In this document: positions 1-12,734 of the stretch, piece by piece
How the letters are laid out: each line of letters starts with the position of its first letter
How positions within the stretch are numbered: the first letter of the stretch is position 1
From: an uncultured Planctomycetia bacterium
Lineage (GTDB): Bacteria; Omnitrophota; Gorgyraeia; Pluralincolimonadales; CAZUZR01
NCBI GenBank assembly: GCA_964625025.1
Contig: CAZUZR010000006.1
Location: 1-40,681, forward strand
Direction: 5' to 3'
Length of the DNA stretch: 40,681 nucleotides
Made by a program: the position numbers and the translations under genes
Notes under the pieces: generated by a model
Told to the model about the DNA's origin: nothing
Database searches by the model: none
Seen by the model: only the letters and a program-made list of their open reading frames with translations

Positions 1-77
1 TGGTGGGCCTGAGAGGACTCGAACCTCCCGCACGCGGTTTAGGAAACCGCTGCTCTATCCTGATGAGCTACAGGCCC
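1..77 (-). tRNA. tRNA-Arg (anticodon CCT), 3' CCA encoded
   Basis: Reverse complement is GGGCCTGTAGCTCATCAGGATAGAGCAGCGGTTTCCTAAACCGCGTGCGGGAGGTTCGAGTCCTCTCAGGCCCACCA. It folds as a cloverleaf: acceptor GGGCCTG/CAGGCCC, anticodon stem GCGGT/ACCGC with loop TTCCTAA, T-loop GGTTCGAGTCC. Confidence 0.9.
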
Positions 78-91
78 GATTTAATTCTTCG

Positions 92-625
92 TTAAAACTT
101 TATTAAAGAAAAGACCTTCCGACCTTTTAAACGGCTACGGCCCTTCAAAAAAGTCAATTCAATTAAAAATGCGATTTCAACCACTTCGCCCTTTAATTGT
201 TCGACGAGAGAACAGACTGCATTCATAGTTCCGCCAGTCGCCAAAAGGTCATCGATTATTAAAACTCTGTCGTCCGGCTCAATCGCATCCTTATGAATTT
301 CTAAAGAGTCCTTGCCGTATTCTAATTCGTATTCAACTCTATGCGTTTCGTATGGGAGTTTACCTTTTTTACGGACTGGGACTATCCCCGCCCCTAATTT
401 ATATGCGATTACTCCCCCTAAGATAAATCCTCTTGCTTCAATCGCTACAACTTTATCTATTTTTTTATCTGCGTATCGTTCAACGATTAAATTGACGGCA
501 TTTTTAAATTTTCTTCCATCTTTCAAAAGCGTAGTAATATCCTTAAATATAATTCCCATCTTTGGAAAATCTGGAATGTCACGAATCGAACTTTTTATCT
601 CTTCTATCAATTGTGCCCTTCTCAT
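92..625 (-). CDS. apt: adenine phosphoribosyltransferase
   Basis: 177-aa ORF with PRPP-binding motif [13 protein letters not shown]. Overlaps the upstream sigma gene by 4 nt. Confidence 0.93.
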   Translation of the reverse strand: MRRAQLIEEIKSSIRDIPDFPKMGIIFKDITTLLKDGRKFKNAVNLIVERYADKKIDKVVAIEARGFILGGVIAYKLGAGIVPVRKKGKLPYETHRVEYELEYGKDSLEIHKDAIEPDDRVLIIDDLLATGGTMNAVCSLVEQLKGEVVEIAFLIELTFLKGRSRLKGRKVFSLIKF

Positions 626-1434
626 TGCCCTATCTCTTCTGTTGCTGTATCCATTCTAAGTTTTCTAAGCGTTGCCTCTTCAATCTGCCTTACCCTTTCC
701 CTCGTAATTCTAAAGCGTTTGGCAACTTCCTGTAAGGTATGCATAACCCCATCCTTTAATCCAAATCTCATATTTAATATTTCTCGTTCCCTTTTATTTA
801 TCTTTTCAAGCAGACTAGCGACCCTCTCATGCCGAAGATAATTCAATAGACTTTCTGTTGGAGAAGGCGTATTTACATCTTCTATTAAATCCATTACCGT
901 TCCATTATCATCTTCACCAATCGGCGCCTCAAGGGCTGTCGGCTGCGCCATTATCCTGTCAAGCCCCTCTGCCTTCTTTATTGATATTCGCATCGCTTTG
1001 GCGATCTCTGCAGTCGTCGGCTTTCTTCCCAACCTCTGCGATAATCTCTCGTTGACCTTTTTCCATTTAGCGACTATTTCCATCATATATACAGGAATCC
1101 TAACTGTCTTTCCTTGATTGGCGATGGCGCGCAGGGTATATTGCTTAATCCACCATGCAGCGTAGGTTGAAAATCTAAATCCCCTTTTTGGATTATATTT
1201 AGACACCGCCTTCATAAGTCCTAAGTTGCCCTCCTCAATTAAATCGAGAAGAGGCACGCCGAAATGGTTATACTTCTTTGCTATGCTTACAACGAGGCGA
1301 AGGTTTGCCTGAATCATTTTTTTTCTTGCTTTTGCATCGCCCTTCTTTATCTTTTTGGCCAATTCGACTTCTTCTTTGGCACTTAAAAGCGATGTCCTTT
1401 CTATATCCTTAAAATATGCTTTAATGGGGTCCAT
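622..1434 (-). CDS. RNA polymerase sigma factor, sigma-70 (RpoD/RpoS-like) family, short form lacking region 1.1
   Basis: 270 aa. Region 1.2 ([10 protein letters not shown]), region 2 ([17 protein letters not shown]) and region 4.2 HTH ([20 protein letters not shown]) are recognisable. Confidence 0.85.
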   Translation of the reverse strand: MDPIKAYFKDIERTSLLSAKEEVELAKKIKKGDAKARKKMIQANLRLVVSIAKKYNHFGVPLLDLIEEGNLGLMKAVSKYNPKRGFRFSTYAAWWIKQYTLRAIANQGKTVRIPVYMMEIVAKWKKVNERLSQRLGRKPTTAEIAKAMRISIKKAEGLDRIMAQPTALEAPIGEDDNGTVMDLIEDVNTPSPTESLLNYLRHERVASLLEKINKREREILNMRFGLKDGVMHTLQEVAKRFRITRERVRQIEEATLRKLRMDTATEEIGQ

Positions 1435-1435
1435 A

Positions 1436-4123
1436 TCAGCCTTGCTCTTTTTTCTCCTTCAACGCCGCATGCGCAGCGGCTAATCGAGCAATCGGGACTC
1501 GATAGGGAGAACAGCTCACATAATCCAATCCAGCACGGTGACAGAACTCGATTGAAGCAGGGTCGCCACCATGTTCGCCGCATATTCCTATCTTTAATTT
1601 AGGACGCACAGAACGACCTTTTTTAACTCCGATCTGCATCAGTTGCCCAACGCCTGACTGGTCAATTGAGATAAATGGGTCTTTCTCCAGTATGCCTTGT
1701 TTCACATAGGCCGGCAGGAACTTTCCCGCATCGTCGCGAGAAAAACCAAAGGTCATCTGGGTAAGGTCGTTTGTTCCAAAAGAGAAGAATTCTGCTTCCT
1801 TTGCGATTTCATCCGCAGTAATGGCAGCGCGCGGTACCTCAATCATTGTGCCAATCATATATTTTAGTTCGATGCTATATCTTGACATAGCTTCTTTTGC
1901 AACTGAGTCTATTACTTTTTTCGTGACATTAAACTCATTTATATGGCCCACTAAGGGGACCATTACTTCGGGAATTACAGTTTGTCCAACTTTGGCAAGT
2001 TCACACGCCGCTTCAAAAATAGCATGGGCTTGCATTTCGTTTATTTCGGGATAAGTTATCCCAAGCCTACACCCGCGATGTCCGAGCATCGGGTTAACTT
2101 CTTGCAAGCCTTGAATTTTATCTTGCAATTCCTTTATAGTAATTCCCATTTCTTCTGCAACGCGTTTTACCTCTTCTTCACCATGCGGTAAAAATTCATG
2201 CAGTGGCGGATCCAGTAACCTTATAGTGACAGGTAAGCCCTTCATCACTTCAAATAGTGCCTTGAAATCACCTTTCTGCATTGGCATCAATTTTTCCAAC
2301 GCCTTCATACGTTCTGCCTTATCCTTTGCTAAAATCATCTGCCGAACTATCGGTAGTCGTTCAGCGCCGAAGAACATATGTTCTGTCCTGCAAAGCCCTA
2401 TGCCCTCGGCTCCAAAGTCTCGCGCAACCTTCGCATCGTGTGGAGTATCGGCGTTTGTCCTCACTCCTAATTTTCGTACTGAATCCGCCCAGGACATCAA
2501 TGTCTTAAAGGCGCCTGTGACTTCGGGTTCAATCAGGGGAACTTTACCTAACATCACTTCACCTGTTGAGCCGTTTAGTGTAATGAAGTCGCCCTTTTTT
2601 ACGACGGTTTCTCCCGCCACAAAATTACCCTCATCTTCGTGCACGATTATATCGCTACATCCAACAACGCAGCATTTTCCCATTCCCCGACCGACAACAG
2701 CGGCATGACTTGTCATTCCGCCTCTTGCGGTTAATATCCCTTGAGATGCCGCCATGCCGCCCACGTCCTCGGGCGAAGTCTCCAGCCTTACCAATATCAC
2801 CTTTTCTCCATCCTCGCTTAAAGTTATGGCCTCATGCGTATCAAATACAACTTTTCCGACGGCAGCGCCAGGTGAGGCAGGCAACCCTTTTGCGATAACC
2901 CTTGGCTTTGCCATTGGGTCTATCATCGGATGTAATAATTGATCCAACTGCTCCGGCTGAACACGAAGTATCGCTATCTTTTTATCTATTAGGCCCTCCT
3001 CAACCATATCAACCGCTATCTTTACCGCTGCTTGAGCGGTCCGAGCCCCTGTCCTTGTTTGTAGTAAATAGAGCTTGCCTTCCTCTATAGTAAATTCGAG
3101 GTCCTGCATCTCCCTGTAGTGTTTTTCCAATTTCTGATAGAGCGTTACGAGTTGAACATAAATTTTCGGCATATCTTCTTTGAGTTGTTCAATAGATTGC
3201 GGCGTTCTGATTCCAGCTACAACGTCTTCACCTTGTGCGTTCATAAGATATTCGCCATAAAACACTTTCTGCCCTGTACTGGGGTCACGGGTAAAAGCAA
3301 CGCCTGTTCCAGAATTACCTCCCAGATTTCCAAAGACCATCTCCTGAACGTTGACAGCAGTGCCGAGGTTATGCGGTACCCCATGAAGATTTCGATATGT
3401 AATGGCCCTTTGGTTATTCCAAGATTCAAATACAGCGTTAATCGCAAGCCGAAGTTGCTCCTTGGGGTCATCTGGAAAATCCCTCTGGGTTTTACCTTTA
3501 ACTATTTTTTTAAAGTTTATAACGATATCCTTTAAGTCATCCGCGGTCAAGTCCGTGTCTAATTTAACCCCTCTTTGTACTTTCTTCTCCTCAATTATTT
3601 TTTCAAACTCCGAGCGTTCGATCCCAAGCACTACGTCGCCAAACATTTGAATTAACCTTCTGTAGGCGTCATAAGCGAACCTCGGATTTTTGGATTTATT
3701 TATGAGGCCTTTAATTGCGGTATCATTTAGTCCTAAATTCAAGATGGTGTCCATCATTCCGGGCATAGATATCTTTGCCCCTGAGCGAACTGAGACTAAT
3801 AACGGATTCATCTCATCGCCGAAGCCTTTGCCCGTAGATTTTTCTAATCTCTTTAGGTGCTCCTCAATTTCTTCTTTTAGTCCCGGCGGATAACTTTTGT
3901 TATTTTCATAATAATGTATACATGCTTGCGTTGAAATAGTAAATCCCGGCGGAACTGGAATCCCTAAGTTTGTCATTTCGGCTAAATTAGCGCCTTTGCC
4001 GCCGAGCAAGCCCTTCAATTCGGCAGCGCCTTCAGCTCTTCCGTCGCCAAAGAAATAAACATATTTAAGACCCTTTGGTGTTTTAGGTTTTGTTTTAGAG
4101 GTGGTTGCATTTTGTCTTTTCAT
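1436..4123 (-). CDS. ppdK: pyruvate, phosphate dikinase
   Basis: 895 aa. Phosphohistidine motif [20 protein letters not shown]-terminal ATP-grasp and C-terminal PEP-utilising domain ([10 protein letters not shown]). Confidence 0.95.
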   Translation of the reverse strand: MKRQNATTSKTKPKTPKGLKYVYFFGDGRAEGAAELKGLLGGKGANLAEMTNLGIPVPPGFTISTQACIHYYENNKSYPPGLKEEIEEHLKRLEKSTGKGFGDEMNPLLVSVRSGAKISMPGMMDTILNLGLNDTAIKGLINKSKNPRFAYDAYRRLIQMFGDVVLGIERSEFEKIIEEKKVQRGVKLDTDLTADDLKDIVINFKKIVKGKTQRDFPDDPKEQLRLAINAVFESWNNQRAITYRNLHGVPHNLGTAVNVQEMVFGNLGGNSGTGVAFTRDPSTGQKVFYGEYLMNAQGEDVVAGIRTPQSIEQLKEDMPKIYVQLVTLYQKLEKHYREMQDLEFTIEEGKLYLLQTRTGARTAQAAVKIAVDMVEEGLIDKKIAILRVQPEQLDQLLHPMIDPMAKPRVIAKGLPASPGAAVGKVVFDTHEAITLSEDGEKVILVRLETSPEDVGGMAASQGILTARGGMTSHAAVVGRGMGKCCVVGCSDIIVHEDEGNFVAGETVVKKGDFITLNGSTGEVMLGKVPLIEPEVTGAFKTLMSWADSVRKLGVRTNADTPHDAKVARDFGAEGIGLCRTEHMFFGAERLPIVRQMILAKDKAERMKALEKLMPMQKGDFKALFEVMKGLPVTIRLLDPPLHEFLPHGEEEVKRVAEEMGITIKELQDKIQGLQEVNPMLGHRGCRLGITYPEINEMQAHAIFEAACELAKVGQTVIPEVMVPLVGHINEFNVTKKVIDSVAKEAMSRYSIELKYMIGTMIEVPRAAITADEIAKEAEFFSFGTNDLTQMTFGFSRDDAGKFLPAYVKQGILEKDPFISIDQSGVGQLMQIGVKKGRSVRPKLKIGICGEHGGDPASIEFCHRAGLDYVSCSPYRVPIARLAAAHAALKEKKEQG

Positions 4124-4164
4124 ATTTAATAGCTTTCTCCTTTCATTCCTGCCTGACGGAGAGT

Positions 4165-6285
4165 CTAAGGAAGCACTATTTTAGACAAGTCCGCAATTTT
4201 ATCTACGTAAATAGAGCGTATCGTACGCATAAGCGCGAGCCTGTTTCCTCTTAATGTCACGTCATCGACATTAACCTTAACCTTTTCGAAAAATATGTGA
4301 AGTGGTTTAAAAAATGCCTCGGCGTAAATTTTAGTGGCTCCAATATAATCGCCTGCAACAATCGCTTCTTCTATCCTACCTTTACACTTTTCGTAAATCT
4401 CCCAAAGCTCCTTTTCCAATGGTTCCCTGAGGCCTTCAACCTTCACTTTTTCCAAGGCCTCTTTGGGGGCCTTTTCGATCTTCAGTATGTTGGAAGTCCT
4501 TTCAACGACCTTCGCCGCCTCTAAAAAATATTTGGATTTTACTATAGAGGATAAATCGTTCAGTTTTTTATGCAGATGGCCGAACGAGTCTAATCCGGAC
4601 TCCAAAATTGCATCTATGATATCATCCCTAAACTTCTTGTCCAATAAAATATTCTTTAATCTTTCCTTTTGAAAAGCTATGATTTGAGATTTGACTAAAT
4701 TCCAATTATGAGAAATCCTATCGCCGTAAACTTCGTATGTTTTATCTAATAAGCTTCCCAACGAAATTGGATATCTTTTTTCCAATAAGATTTTCAATAG
4801 CCCCAATGAAGCCCTACGAATTCCGTAAGGGTCTTCGCTGCCGCTCGGGATTAGCCCTATCCCAAAAAAACCTACGATAACATCTATTTTATCCGCTATT
4901 CCTAAGATGCTCCCGATATCCCCCGTCGGAAGAGAATCCGCAATTCCTTTTGGCAGATAATGTTCATATATAGCGCGCGCAACATCTTTGTCTTCACCTG
5001 TCCTTTTGGCATATTCTCGACCGATAATTCCTTGGAGGTTGGGATACTCCCTTGCCATTTGAGTTACAAGGTCTGCCTTTGATAGATGTGCTGCCCTCTC
5101 TACCTTTATCTTTTCAACGGGGGACAAACGAAGCTCGTCGGCTATATAAAGTGCCAGCTTCTCAATCCTTGTAACGCGGTCGTAAACCGTGCCTAATTTA
5201 GTTTGAAATATAAGCCCCCTTAATGATTCAACCCTATCTTGAAGCGGGATTTTTAAATCTTCCTCTAAAAAGAAAATACTATCTCGTAATTTCGCATCCA
5301 AAATCGCCTCATAGGTTAAACGGATCCCTTCGATGTTTTTATGACTCCCATTTATAATGGCGACGAAATAAGGAAGCGCCTTTCCATTTTCATCCACGAC
5401 TAAAAATATCTTTTGGTTTTTTGCCAGAGAGCTCTCAAGCACTTCAACCGGAAGGCTAAGGTATCCCTTTTTAAATTTCCCCACGAATCCAACCGGGGAT
5501 TCAACTAAATAAGTTACAGCCTCGGTCAATTCCTCATCGAAATTATTTGCTGCACCTAAATCCTTTGTCAAATTTTTAAGTATCGCCGTAATCTTTTTAT
5601 GTCTTACCTCTTGATTCGATATCACGTTATATTTTTCGAGCGCATTGAAATAATCTTTGATGGAATTAACTACGATGGCCTGCATCGAAGGGCTTAAATA
5701 TCGTGGGCTGCGCGTCGTATTTGAAGCCGTCAATTTACCTAACCTAAAATTTATAACCTCTGAATCGTATAATGACAAGAGCCAACGAATTGGACGAGCA
5801 AAACGCAGGCCGCTTTCATCCCACCTCATCGTCTTCGGGAATTTAATGGATGCGATTATCCCCGGCAACAAATCGAAAAGGAGAGTAGATGTTGCTTTTG
5901 ATTCCACAGTTCTTTTAATGAAAGTATATTCCCCTCTGGGCGTTGTCTCAACAAAGATATCCTTTAATTTTGCCCCCTTGGCTTTTAGGAAACCTAAACA
6001 GGCTTGAGTTGGCTTGCCCATTTTATCAAAGGCCATTTCCTTCGATGGCCCGATTATCTTTTCGAGTTGCCGTCCTTGCCTTAAAGGCAGGCCTTTAAGG
6101 TGAATTATAAGTCTATTCGGCGTGCCAAATACATTTATCTCGCTACAGTTTAATCGCGAATTCTTAAGCGCACCTTCTATCGATGAACGCAACTCACGAA
6201 GGGCTTGACCTATATAATTTGAAGGCAGTTCTTCAACGCCCACTTCTAATAAGTAATCTTTGGTCGTCGTTTTTTTGTGCCTCAT
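4165..6285 (-). CDS. glyS: glycine--tRNA ligase beta subunit
   Basis: 706 aa, full-length GlyS-like. Overlaps glyQ by 4 nt in the typical glyQS arrangement. Confidence 0.93.
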   Translation of the reverse strand: MRHKKTTTKDYLLEVGVEELPSNYIGQALRELRSSIEGALKNSRLNCSEINVFGTPNRLIIHLKGLPLRQGRQLEKIIGPSKEMAFDKMGKPTQACLGFLKAKGAKLKDIFVETTPRGEYTFIKRTVESKATSTLLFDLLPGIIASIKFPKTMRWDESGLRFARPIRWLLSLYDSEVINFRLGKLTASNTTRSPRYLSPSMQAIVVNSIKDYFNALEKYNVISNQEVRHKKITAILKNLTKDLGAANNFDEELTEAVTYLVESPVGFVGKFKKGYLSLPVEVLESSLAKNQKIFLVVDENGKALPYFVAIINGSHKNIEGIRLTYEAILDAKLRDSIFFLEEDLKIPLQDRVESLRGLIFQTKLGTVYDRVTRIEKLALYIADELRLSPVEKIKVERAAHLSKADLVTQMAREYPNLQGIIGREYAKRTGEDKDVARAIYEHYLPKGIADSLPTGDIGSILGIADKIDVIVGFFGIGLIPSGSEDPYGIRRASLGLLKILLEKRYPISLGSLLDKTYEVYGDRISHNWNLVKSQIIAFQKERLKNILLDKKFRDDIIDAILESGLDSFGHLHKKLNDLSSIVKSKYFLEAAKVVERTSNILKIEKAPKEALEKVKVEGLREPLEKELWEIYEKCKGRIEEAIVAGDYIGATKIYAEAFFKPLHIFFEKVKVNVDDVTLRGNRLALMRTIRSIYVDKIADLSKIVLP

Positions 6286-7148
6286 TTTTTATTTTGCATG
6301 TTTTCTAAATGAATAAGGGCACAGGATTTCGCCAGAGCCCTCACTCGCGCTATGTAAGAGGGCCGCTCGGCTGTACTTATCGCTCCCCTCGCATCCAACA
6401 TATTAAAGGCATGCGAAGCCTTCAACGTAAATTCGTACGCGGGGTTTAGTAATCTCTGGCTCAAAAGCCGCTTTGCCTCTCTTTCGTAGGTGGAAAATAA
6501 TTCGATATACATCTTCGAATCGCTTACTTCGAAATTATATTTTGAACATTCCTCCTCATCACTCCTATGGATCTCGCCGTATGTAAGGCTTTCAGTCCAT
6601 TTCAAATTATACAAGTCATATTCACCCTGAACAAACATCGTTATCCTTTCAATTCCATACGTTATCTCACATGAAATTAAATCCAATTCAATTGCGCCTA
6701 TTTGTTGAAAATATGTAAATTGCGTCACCTCCAAACTATCAAGCCATACTTCCCAGCCAAGTCCTGAAGCCCCAAGCGTAGGCGACTCCCAGTCATCCTC
6801 CACGAACCTTAGGTCGTGTCTTGTTAGGTCGATGCCTAGACTTTCAAGGCTTTTTAAATATAGAGATTGAATGTCTAAAGGAGCCGGTTTAATTATCACT
6901 TGATATTGATAATAATGCTGCGCCCTTAACGGATTCTTGCCATACCTGCCATCGGTTGGTCGTCGCGATGGTTGCACATATGCTACTCGCCAAGGTTTTT
7001 TATCCAAACATCTAAAGAATGTCAGTGGATGAAAAGTCCCTGCGCCCACTTCCATATCGTATGGCTGCGCGATAAGGCAACCTTGGCTTGCCCAGTATTT
7101 TACCAAACCCATAATTACATCTTGAAACGTCATCACTTTTGTCTTCAT
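6282..7148 (-). CDS. glyQ: glycine--tRNA ligase alpha subunit
   Basis: 288 aa, highly conserved GlyQ sequence ([29 protein letters not shown]). Confidence 0.96.
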   Translation of the reverse strand: MKTKVMTFQDVIMGLVKYWASQGCLIAQPYDMEVGAGTFHPLTFFRCLDKKPWRVAYVQPSRRPTDGRYGKNPLRAQHYYQYQVIIKPAPLDIQSLYLKSLESLGIDLTRHDLRFVEDDWESPTLGASGLGWEVWLDSLEVTQFTYFQQIGAIELDLISCEITYGIERITMFVQGEYDLYNLKWTESLTYGEIHRSDEEECSKYNFEVSDSKMYIELFSTYEREAKRLLSQRLLNPAYEFTLKASHAFNMLDARGAISTAERPSYIARVRALAKSCALIHLENMQNKK

Positions 7149-7903
7149 CCCTCTAATTTACGAATATCCTTTATGAACTTTTTGGACTTAAGCGGCTTTT
7201 CTAAGTGTGACTCCAGTAACTCGTCTATAAGAACGTTTAATTCATTTTCTATAGACCTTGATATCTTGAATTTCAAAAGCGAGTCCAATTTGGAACTGCC
7301 GATATGTTTTAGGGTTTGGACTGTCCCCCTACTTACTGCCCGCGCATTCGGGTCTTCCCTTAAACAACGTTCGCAAAGCATTCCACCGTGGCGTAAACTA
7401 AATCTAGCCCTTTCAGAAATCCCCCTGCCGCAGTGAACGCAATTGTTTAAAGCCGGCGCAAATCCTAAAGAGGAGAGAAACTTTAATTCAAATATTCGAA
7501 CTATTTTATTTGGCTCCTCGCCGTCCGACAGAAATTTAAGCGACTTATGGAGCAGCTCATAAACTTGAGCATTTTTCTCATTGGGCTCTGTTAATGCATC
7601 GACTAACTCCGCTAGATAAATCGCATACGCAATTGCGTTTAGGTTTTTTCGAATTCCAAAGAAGCCATCTATTAAGTCACACTGCGTTATATTATTGAAT
7701 TCCCCCTTCGATTTTTCATAGAACACAATTACGTTGGAACTAAATAACTCAGCGCAACTGCCATATCTATTTTTTTCACTGCGGATGCCTTTTAATATGC
7801 CTTTTACCTTGCCAAAATCTCTTGAATAAAAAGTCGCTATTATGCTCGTCTCTCTAAAATCCCTTCGATTTAAAACGAGGGCTTCGGTAGAACGAATTGC
7901 CAT
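7145..7903 (-). CDS. recO: DNA repair protein RecO
   Basis: 252 aa with N-terminal OB-fold region and a CxxC..CxxC zinc motif (CVHCGR..CERC). Conserved position upstream of glyQS. Confidence 0.88.
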   Translation of the reverse strand: MAIRSTEALVLNRRDFRETSIIATFYSRDFGKVKGILKGIRSEKNRYGSCAELFSSNVIVFYEKSKGEFNNITQCDLIDGFFGIRKNLNAIAYAIYLAELVDALTEPNEKNAQVYELLHKSLKFLSDGEEPNKIVRIFELKFLSSLGFAPALNNCVHCGRGISERARFSLRHGGMLCERCLREDPNARAVSRGTVQTLKHIGSSKLDSLLKFKISRSIENELNVLIDELLESHLEKPLKSKKFIKDIRKLEG

Positions 7904-7919
7904 TATTCTTAATGGTGGG

Positions 7920-8564
7920 TCAATCCGGTTGTTTCTTTTTTATGCTAACGCTTTCAGGCAGCGAAACGATGCCTCCTGAAATTACCATCTTCATCGCATC
8001 GGCGACGCTCATATCTAACTTAATGAGCTCCTTTTCTGGAACTAAAAGCAAATATCCTGAGGTTGGGTTAGGTGTGGTTGGCACGAAAACGTTTATCACC
8101 TTCTCTTCAGTTTTGTCCTGAACCTCGCCCTTGCCTTCCGATGTAACAAACCCTATCGAATAAATTCCCTTACGTGGAAATTCAACGAGCACGACCCTTG
8201 TGAATATCCCTTTCGATTGTCCTAAGAAAGCGCGGCTCATATCCTTTGTAACGCTGTATATCTTGCCTACCATCGGCATCCGGTAAAACAATTTCTCCCA
8301 ATGCGAAAAAAATCTCCTTAAAAATAAAACTCTTGTTCCAAAGCCGATAAGGGCTATAATTAACACGACGATAATAAAAAGGATTATTTTGGCAAGATTT
8401 TCCAACGCTACATCGCCTAGATAAGGCCTTAATAATTTAATGAGCGGTTCGAGCATAACCAAGTTCGTCTTTACTACAATGAATTTTACAAACCAAATAG
8501 TTACGACAGCTGGAAAAAGGACCGCTAAACCAGTAATAAAATTTTTTCTTAAATGTGCAAACAT
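7920..8564 (-). CDS. DUF502 domain membrane protein
   Basis: 214 aa with two N-terminal TM segments and the DUF502-like motif PTTPNPTSGYLLLVP. Confidence 0.75.
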   Translation of the reverse strand: MFAHLRKNFITGLAVLFPAVVTIWFVKFIVVKTNLVMLEPLIKLLRPYLGDVALENLAKIILFIIVVLIIALIGFGTRVLFLRRFFSHWEKLFYRMPMVGKIYSVTKDMSRAFLGQSKGIFTRVVLVEFPRKGIYSIGFVTSEGKGEVQDKTEEKVINVFVPTTPNPTSGYLLLVPEKELIKLDMSVADAMKMVISGGIVSLPESVSIKKKQPD

Positions 8565-9031
8565 AGGCGGCTTAAGATATCCTCTTGTAGGCGTTGCATC
8601 TTTTTTTTCTCAAAGACGGTTGTGTCCTTAAATCCTAGAAGGTGGAGAATTCCATGTATGATATATAGGATTATCTCACCTTTTATGCTGAAGCCGAATA
8701 GTTTTGCATTCCTTTTTGCTGTATCTACAGAAATTACGACATCTCCGAGTAGTTCTGGGTTTAACTGCGAATCCTCGCCTTCGCGCATCGGAAATGCTAA
8801 ACAATCGGTAGCGCGATTGTCCCCTCTATATTTCCAATTTAATTTTCTCATCCCTCCATCATCTACAAAAACTAAACCGACCCTCGAATTGCCCTCCTTT
8901 AGTAAACCTAAAATCTTGCTGGTTGATTTTTTTATTTCAGCTTTGGTCAGCAGCAACTTTACGCCTATGCTGCTTATTGATATGCGCTCGTCTTTAGCTT
9001 TCCTTTTTTTCCTTCTCACTTGGATATTCAA
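8549..9031 (-). CDS. ybeY: rRNA maturation RNase YbeY
   Basis: 160 aa with zinc-binding motif HGILHLLGF. Sits in the conserved phoH-HD-ybeY context. Confidence 0.9.
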   Translation of the reverse strand: MNIQVRRKKRKAKDERISISSIGVKLLLTKAEIKKSTSKILGLLKEGNSRVGLVFVDDGGMRKLNWKYRGDNRATDCLAFPMREGEDSQLNPELLGDVVISVDTAKRNAKLFGFSIKGEIILYIIHGILHLLGFKDTTVFEKKKMQRLQEDILSRLCLHI

Positions 9032-11189
9032 CCCTAGTATGATAAACCCCGGTTAAGACCCTGGTAAAAGTCCCCGCAATCATATTCAAATCCTTCAATG
9101 TCAATTCGCACTCGTCAAGTTGTCCGTCAATGAATTTATTATTTATTATCCTGCGGACCAGTTCCTCAAGGTTGGCAGGGGTGGGATTTTTAAGCGTGCG
9201 CGATGCAGCCTCAACTGAATCCGCCAAATGGACGATGGCGGTCTCTTTCGTCTGTGGTTTTGGACCAGGATAGCGAAAACCCTGTTCCTCCAATTTCTCT
9301 AAATCCTCAACAGATTCAAGCGCGCGTTGATAAAAATAATATATAAGGCCCGTTCCATGATGTTGCTCAATAAAATCTATTAATGCCCTATTAAGCTTTT
9401 CCCTCTTTGCTTTTTCTAAGCCCTCTTTAACGTGGTTTATAATTATAAGGCTTGACATAGAAGGGGCGAGTTTATCGTGTTGGCTCTCCATAATAGGCTG
9501 ATTTTCTGCAAAATATTGTGCCTTTTCAATTTTTCCAATATCGTGATAATAAGCGCCAACCCTTGCCAAAAGGCCGTTCGCGCCTATCGCATCGCACGCA
9601 GTTTCAGCGAGATTACCGACGATGAGGCTGTGGTGGTACGTGCCGGGCGCTTTTAGTATTAAATCTTTTAATAATGGATTGTTGGGATCTGCTAACTCAA
9701 GGAGCGTGATATTTGTGGTTATTTGAAATAGCGATTCAAAGATATGAAGCGTGCCGGTAAGGGTAATTCCAACGATAACGCCGTTTAATAAGACTAGCCA
9801 TAAATTACCTAAGATGATTTGGGCCTCTAGGTTGTTCAATACCCCCAGCCCTACGACACAAAATGAGTTAGCAATCCCAGACAAAATCCCCCCGCTAAAT
9901 AATTGCGATCTTTTTCTTGCTCCCCTAATTGCATACACTCCAACGATGCTGCCCACAAGAAACATCAATGCCAAGTCAAATTTCTCACCTACAAGCAGGC
10001 CGGTCAAGAAACTTAAAACGCTGGCAATTACTATTGAAGGGCGCGCACCGAAAAGCAAAGCGATTAGCATGGGGCCACTTGCAACAGGTATTAAGTAGTT
10101 AGGGGTTTTTGATAATGATATAGCCTTGCCTGTTGCAGTTAGAATGATAAGGATAAACGAGATTAAGAGTAAATGTCTATTATTTGAATAAATTTTTGGC
10201 TCATAATGTGCGAAATAAAAAGATGTTATGATTACCAACGCAAGCACAATTAAGCCGATTCCCAAAATGGAAAGCGCAAACCTCTGGCCTTCTAAGGACG
10301 CTGAGCGTAGGGCCTCCAATTTTGTTACGTGGACAGGACTAAGCCTTTCGCCCTTCGAAATTATGAGCTCATCTTTTTTGACATCTATCGCTCTCTTTTG
10401 TGTTGGCACAGCGGCTATGGCTTTTTCGCGACGACTCGCAGTTTCCACTTCATTAAATCTTAAATTGGGGGTTAAAGTTTTTGTTGCTATCTCAAAAACG
10501 GCGGCCTTCAATTTTTTATCGGCAGGGTAAAACACATCAAAAATTTCTTCCAATTGCGGTTTAAATTCGTCGGGCGTTTTTAAGTCTTTGACTGCAACTT
10601 CGAATTCATCCTGAGCATTTAAATTCCTTATCGTTATAGCGTCCTTATCTTGTTTTATTAAATTTTCTTTACCGCCTTGTGAAATTATCCCCTGAAGGAA
10701 AAGCTTACCCAATGTCCTCAAAAGATTCGATTCAACTTTAACGAGTTCGGCAGACTGCGGTAACGTCCTTAAAGTCCCATCTGTGAGGTTGAATTTATCA
10801 GCTGTTTTCAATCGAGCGACTTTGTCATCAAGGCTAATCTCCCCAAGGTTCCTTATTTCTTTTTCAGTAGCGAATAATGACTTTATATTCTGTACAACGC
10901 TATCAAATATATTGACATCTACATCGAAGACATCTTTCACGCTTAAACCAGCGAGCCTTTTTAATTCCTCGGTCTTTTCTAAATCGGCGCTGGCAAAATA
11001 TGAGTAATTAAACGGCGCGTAAATTGTCCTATTTGCTATATCTCCCGTCTGAGGTTGGCCGCCATATGGAACTTTCCCCACATATATAATTGACATAAGC
11101 GCTAAACAGGTGGCTATTGCGATAGTCAACTTTATAACTATCTCCTTGGGCATCCGCTTAAGATTTTTGAAGAGTTCTGCTTGCAACAT
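8994..11189 (-). CDS. 7TM-HD membrane phosphohydrolase (PgpH/YqfF-like HDIG protein)
   Basis: 731 aa. Extracellular N-domain, about 7 TM helices, and a C-terminal HD domain (HHSLIVGNLAE..YHDIGK). Confidence 0.88.
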   Translation of the reverse strand: MLQAELFKNLKRMPKEIVIKLTIAIATCLALMSIIYVGKVPYGGQPQTGDIANRTIYAPFNYSYFASADLEKTEELKRLAGLSVKDVFDVDVNIFDSVVQNIKSLFATEKEIRNLGEISLDDKVARLKTADKFNLTDGTLRTLPQSAELVKVESNLLRTLGKLFLQGIISQGGKENLIKQDKDAITIRNLNAQDEFEVAVKDLKTPDEFKPQLEEIFDVFYPADKKLKAAVFEIATKTLTPNLRFNEVETASRREKAIAAVPTQKRAIDVKKDELIISKGERLSPVHVTKLEALRSASLEGQRFALSILGIGLIVLALVIITSFYFAHYEPKIYSNNRHLLLISFILIILTATGKAISLSKTPNYLIPVASGPMLIALLFGARPSIVIASVLSFLTGLLVGEKFDLALMFLVGSIVGVYAIRGARKRSQLFSGGILSGIANSFCVVGLGVLNNLEAQIILGNLWLVLLNGVIVGITLTGTLHIFESLFQITTNITLLELADPNNPLLKDLILKAPGTYHHSLIVGNLAETACDAIGANGLLARVGAYYHDIGKIEKAQYFAENQPIMESQHDKLAPSMSSLIIINHVKEGLEKAKREKLNRALIDFIEQHHGTGLIYYFYQRALESVEDLEKLEEQGFRYPGPKPQTKETAIVHLADSVEAASRTLKNPTPANLEELVRRIINNKFIDGQLDECELTLKDLNMIAGTFTRVLTGVYHTRVEYPSEKEKKES

Positions 11190-11191
11190 TT

Positions 11192-12142
11192 TTATTTCTC
11201 GTTCAATTTCTCATATGCCCTTATGATATCTTGAACCAGTTCATGGCGAACGATATCTTCTCTTGAGAAATAGATAAATTTGATTCCCTCTATCTCTTTT
11301 AGGATTTCCTGCGCTTGCAATAAGCCAACTGCCCTCCCGCCAGGAAGATCGCTCTGCGTGATATCGCCAGTTATAACGGTCCTTGAATCGAATCCCAATC
11401 TGGTTAAGAACATCTTCACCTGCTCAGCCGTTGCATTTTGAGCTTCATCTAGTATTATAAATGCATCGTTTAGCGTCCTGCCTCGCATATATGCTAAAGG
11501 CGCAACTTCGATAACGCCCCTGTCAAGAAACCGTTGAATCTTATCGATGTCCATCATCTCGTAGAGCGCATCATAAAGTGGGCGTAAGAAGGGGGAGACC
11601 TTTTCATAGATATCGCCTGGCAGGTAACCTAAACTCTCGCCCGCTTCAATGGCTGGCCTAGTCAAGATAATTCGACTTACGTGGCCTTCTTTTAGGGCAT
11701 TTATTGCCATAGCCATTGCGAGATAAGTCTTCCCTGTGCCTGCAGGGCCAATGCCAAAAACTATATCATTTTGCCGTATCGCGTCTACATAACTTTTCTG
11801 GCCGTTCGTCTTGGGAGTCACATATTGCCTCTTTGACATCACTTCGATTTTATCAAGATATATAGAGTGCAAATCCAAGTCGGCTTGTTTATGTATCGCC
11901 TTAATTGCATATAGCACTTCATTTTGCCTTATCGGGCGACCAATCCTTATTATATCGAGGAGCTGGTCAAATAGCCTCGAGGCATCGCGAACGTTTTTTT
12001 CGCTCCCGCTTACGGTCAAATTCTCCCCGCGCGCGGTAATTTTCACGTCGAATTCACGCTCTATCAATTTCAAATTCTCGTCGTGGCGGCCAAAAAGTAT
12101 CCGCGCCTCTTCGTCACCTAACAGTTTAAAAACCCTTTCCAT
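11192..12142 (-). CDS. phoH: PhoH family ATPase
   Basis: 316 aa with Walker A GPAGTGKTYLA and full-length PhoH/YbeZ similarity. Confidence 0.92.
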   Translation of the reverse strand: MERVFKLLGDEEARILFGRHDENLKLIEREFDVKITARGENLTVSGSEKNVRDASRLFDQLLDIIRIGRPIRQNEVLYAIKAIHKQADLDLHSIYLDKIEVMSKRQYVTPKTNGQKSYVDAIRQNDIVFGIGPAGTGKTYLAMAMAINALKEGHVSRIILTRPAIEAGESLGYLPGDIYEKVSPFLRPLYDALYEMMDIDKIQRFLDRGVIEVAPLAYMRGRTLNDAFIILDEAQNATAEQVKMFLTRLGFDSRTVITGDITQSDLPGGRAVGLLQAQEILKEIEGIKFIYFSREDIVRHELVQDIIRAYEKLNEK

Positions 12143-12182
12143 ACAAACCTTATTTATTTTACAGTAGGCAATATCAACCTTT

Positions 12183-12734
12183 TTACTTTATATACTCACT
12201 ACCCTCGATTGGCGTAATCGCCTCTTGCGGGATTTTTAGCACTTGTCCGGGATATACCTTATCAGGCGTTTTTAATTTATCCTGATTAGCCGAAAATATC
12301 TTTCGCCATTTTTTGGTTGTGCCATAGAACTTCTTTGAGATCTTCTGGAGCGTCTCGCCTTTTTGCACAGTATAATCCGTATATTCTTCCTTTGCTGTTT
12401 CCGGCCCGAGGAGTTCTTCCTTTTCTGCTCCTATCTTTTTTTCTGGTATCTCTGGAGCGCTATAAATCGGCGTGCCCCTTACCCCTTCCTCTTTCTTTGG
12501 AACTCTGCTTTCCCTTTCGATTACAGGCGGAACCTCGACCTGAACCTCAAAATATTCTCGCGTGGCTTTCCTTTGTATTGCTGGTGGCGGAGTTCCGAAT
12601 AAATAGCCTTGATTCCCAACCGGAGAAATCTCTTGATCGACCCTTTCTCTTTCAACGAGTTTCGTATTTACCGAACAGCCCGTTAAAGCGAAGATGAGAA
12701 TTCCAATTGCCAATGTAAAAATTAATACCTTCAT
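12183..12734 (-). CDS. LysM domain lipoprotein
   Basis: The internal ATG at 12734 is preceded by GGAGGAAAGGGG and opens a lipoprotein signal peptide, MKVLIFTLAIGILIFALTGC. The C-terminal LysM motif is YTVQKGETLQKISKKFYG...GQVLKIP. The ORF-track start at 12815 adds 27 non-signal residues. Confidence 0.8.
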   Translation of the reverse strand: MKVLIFTLAIGILIFALTGCSVNTKLVERERVDQEISPVGNQGYLFGTPPPAIQRKATREYFEVQVEVPPVIERESRVPKKEEGVRGTPIYSAPEIPEKKIGAEKEELLGPETAKEEYTDYTVQKGETLQKISKKFYGTTKKWRKIFSANQDKLKTPDKVYPGQVLKIPQEAITPIEGSEYIK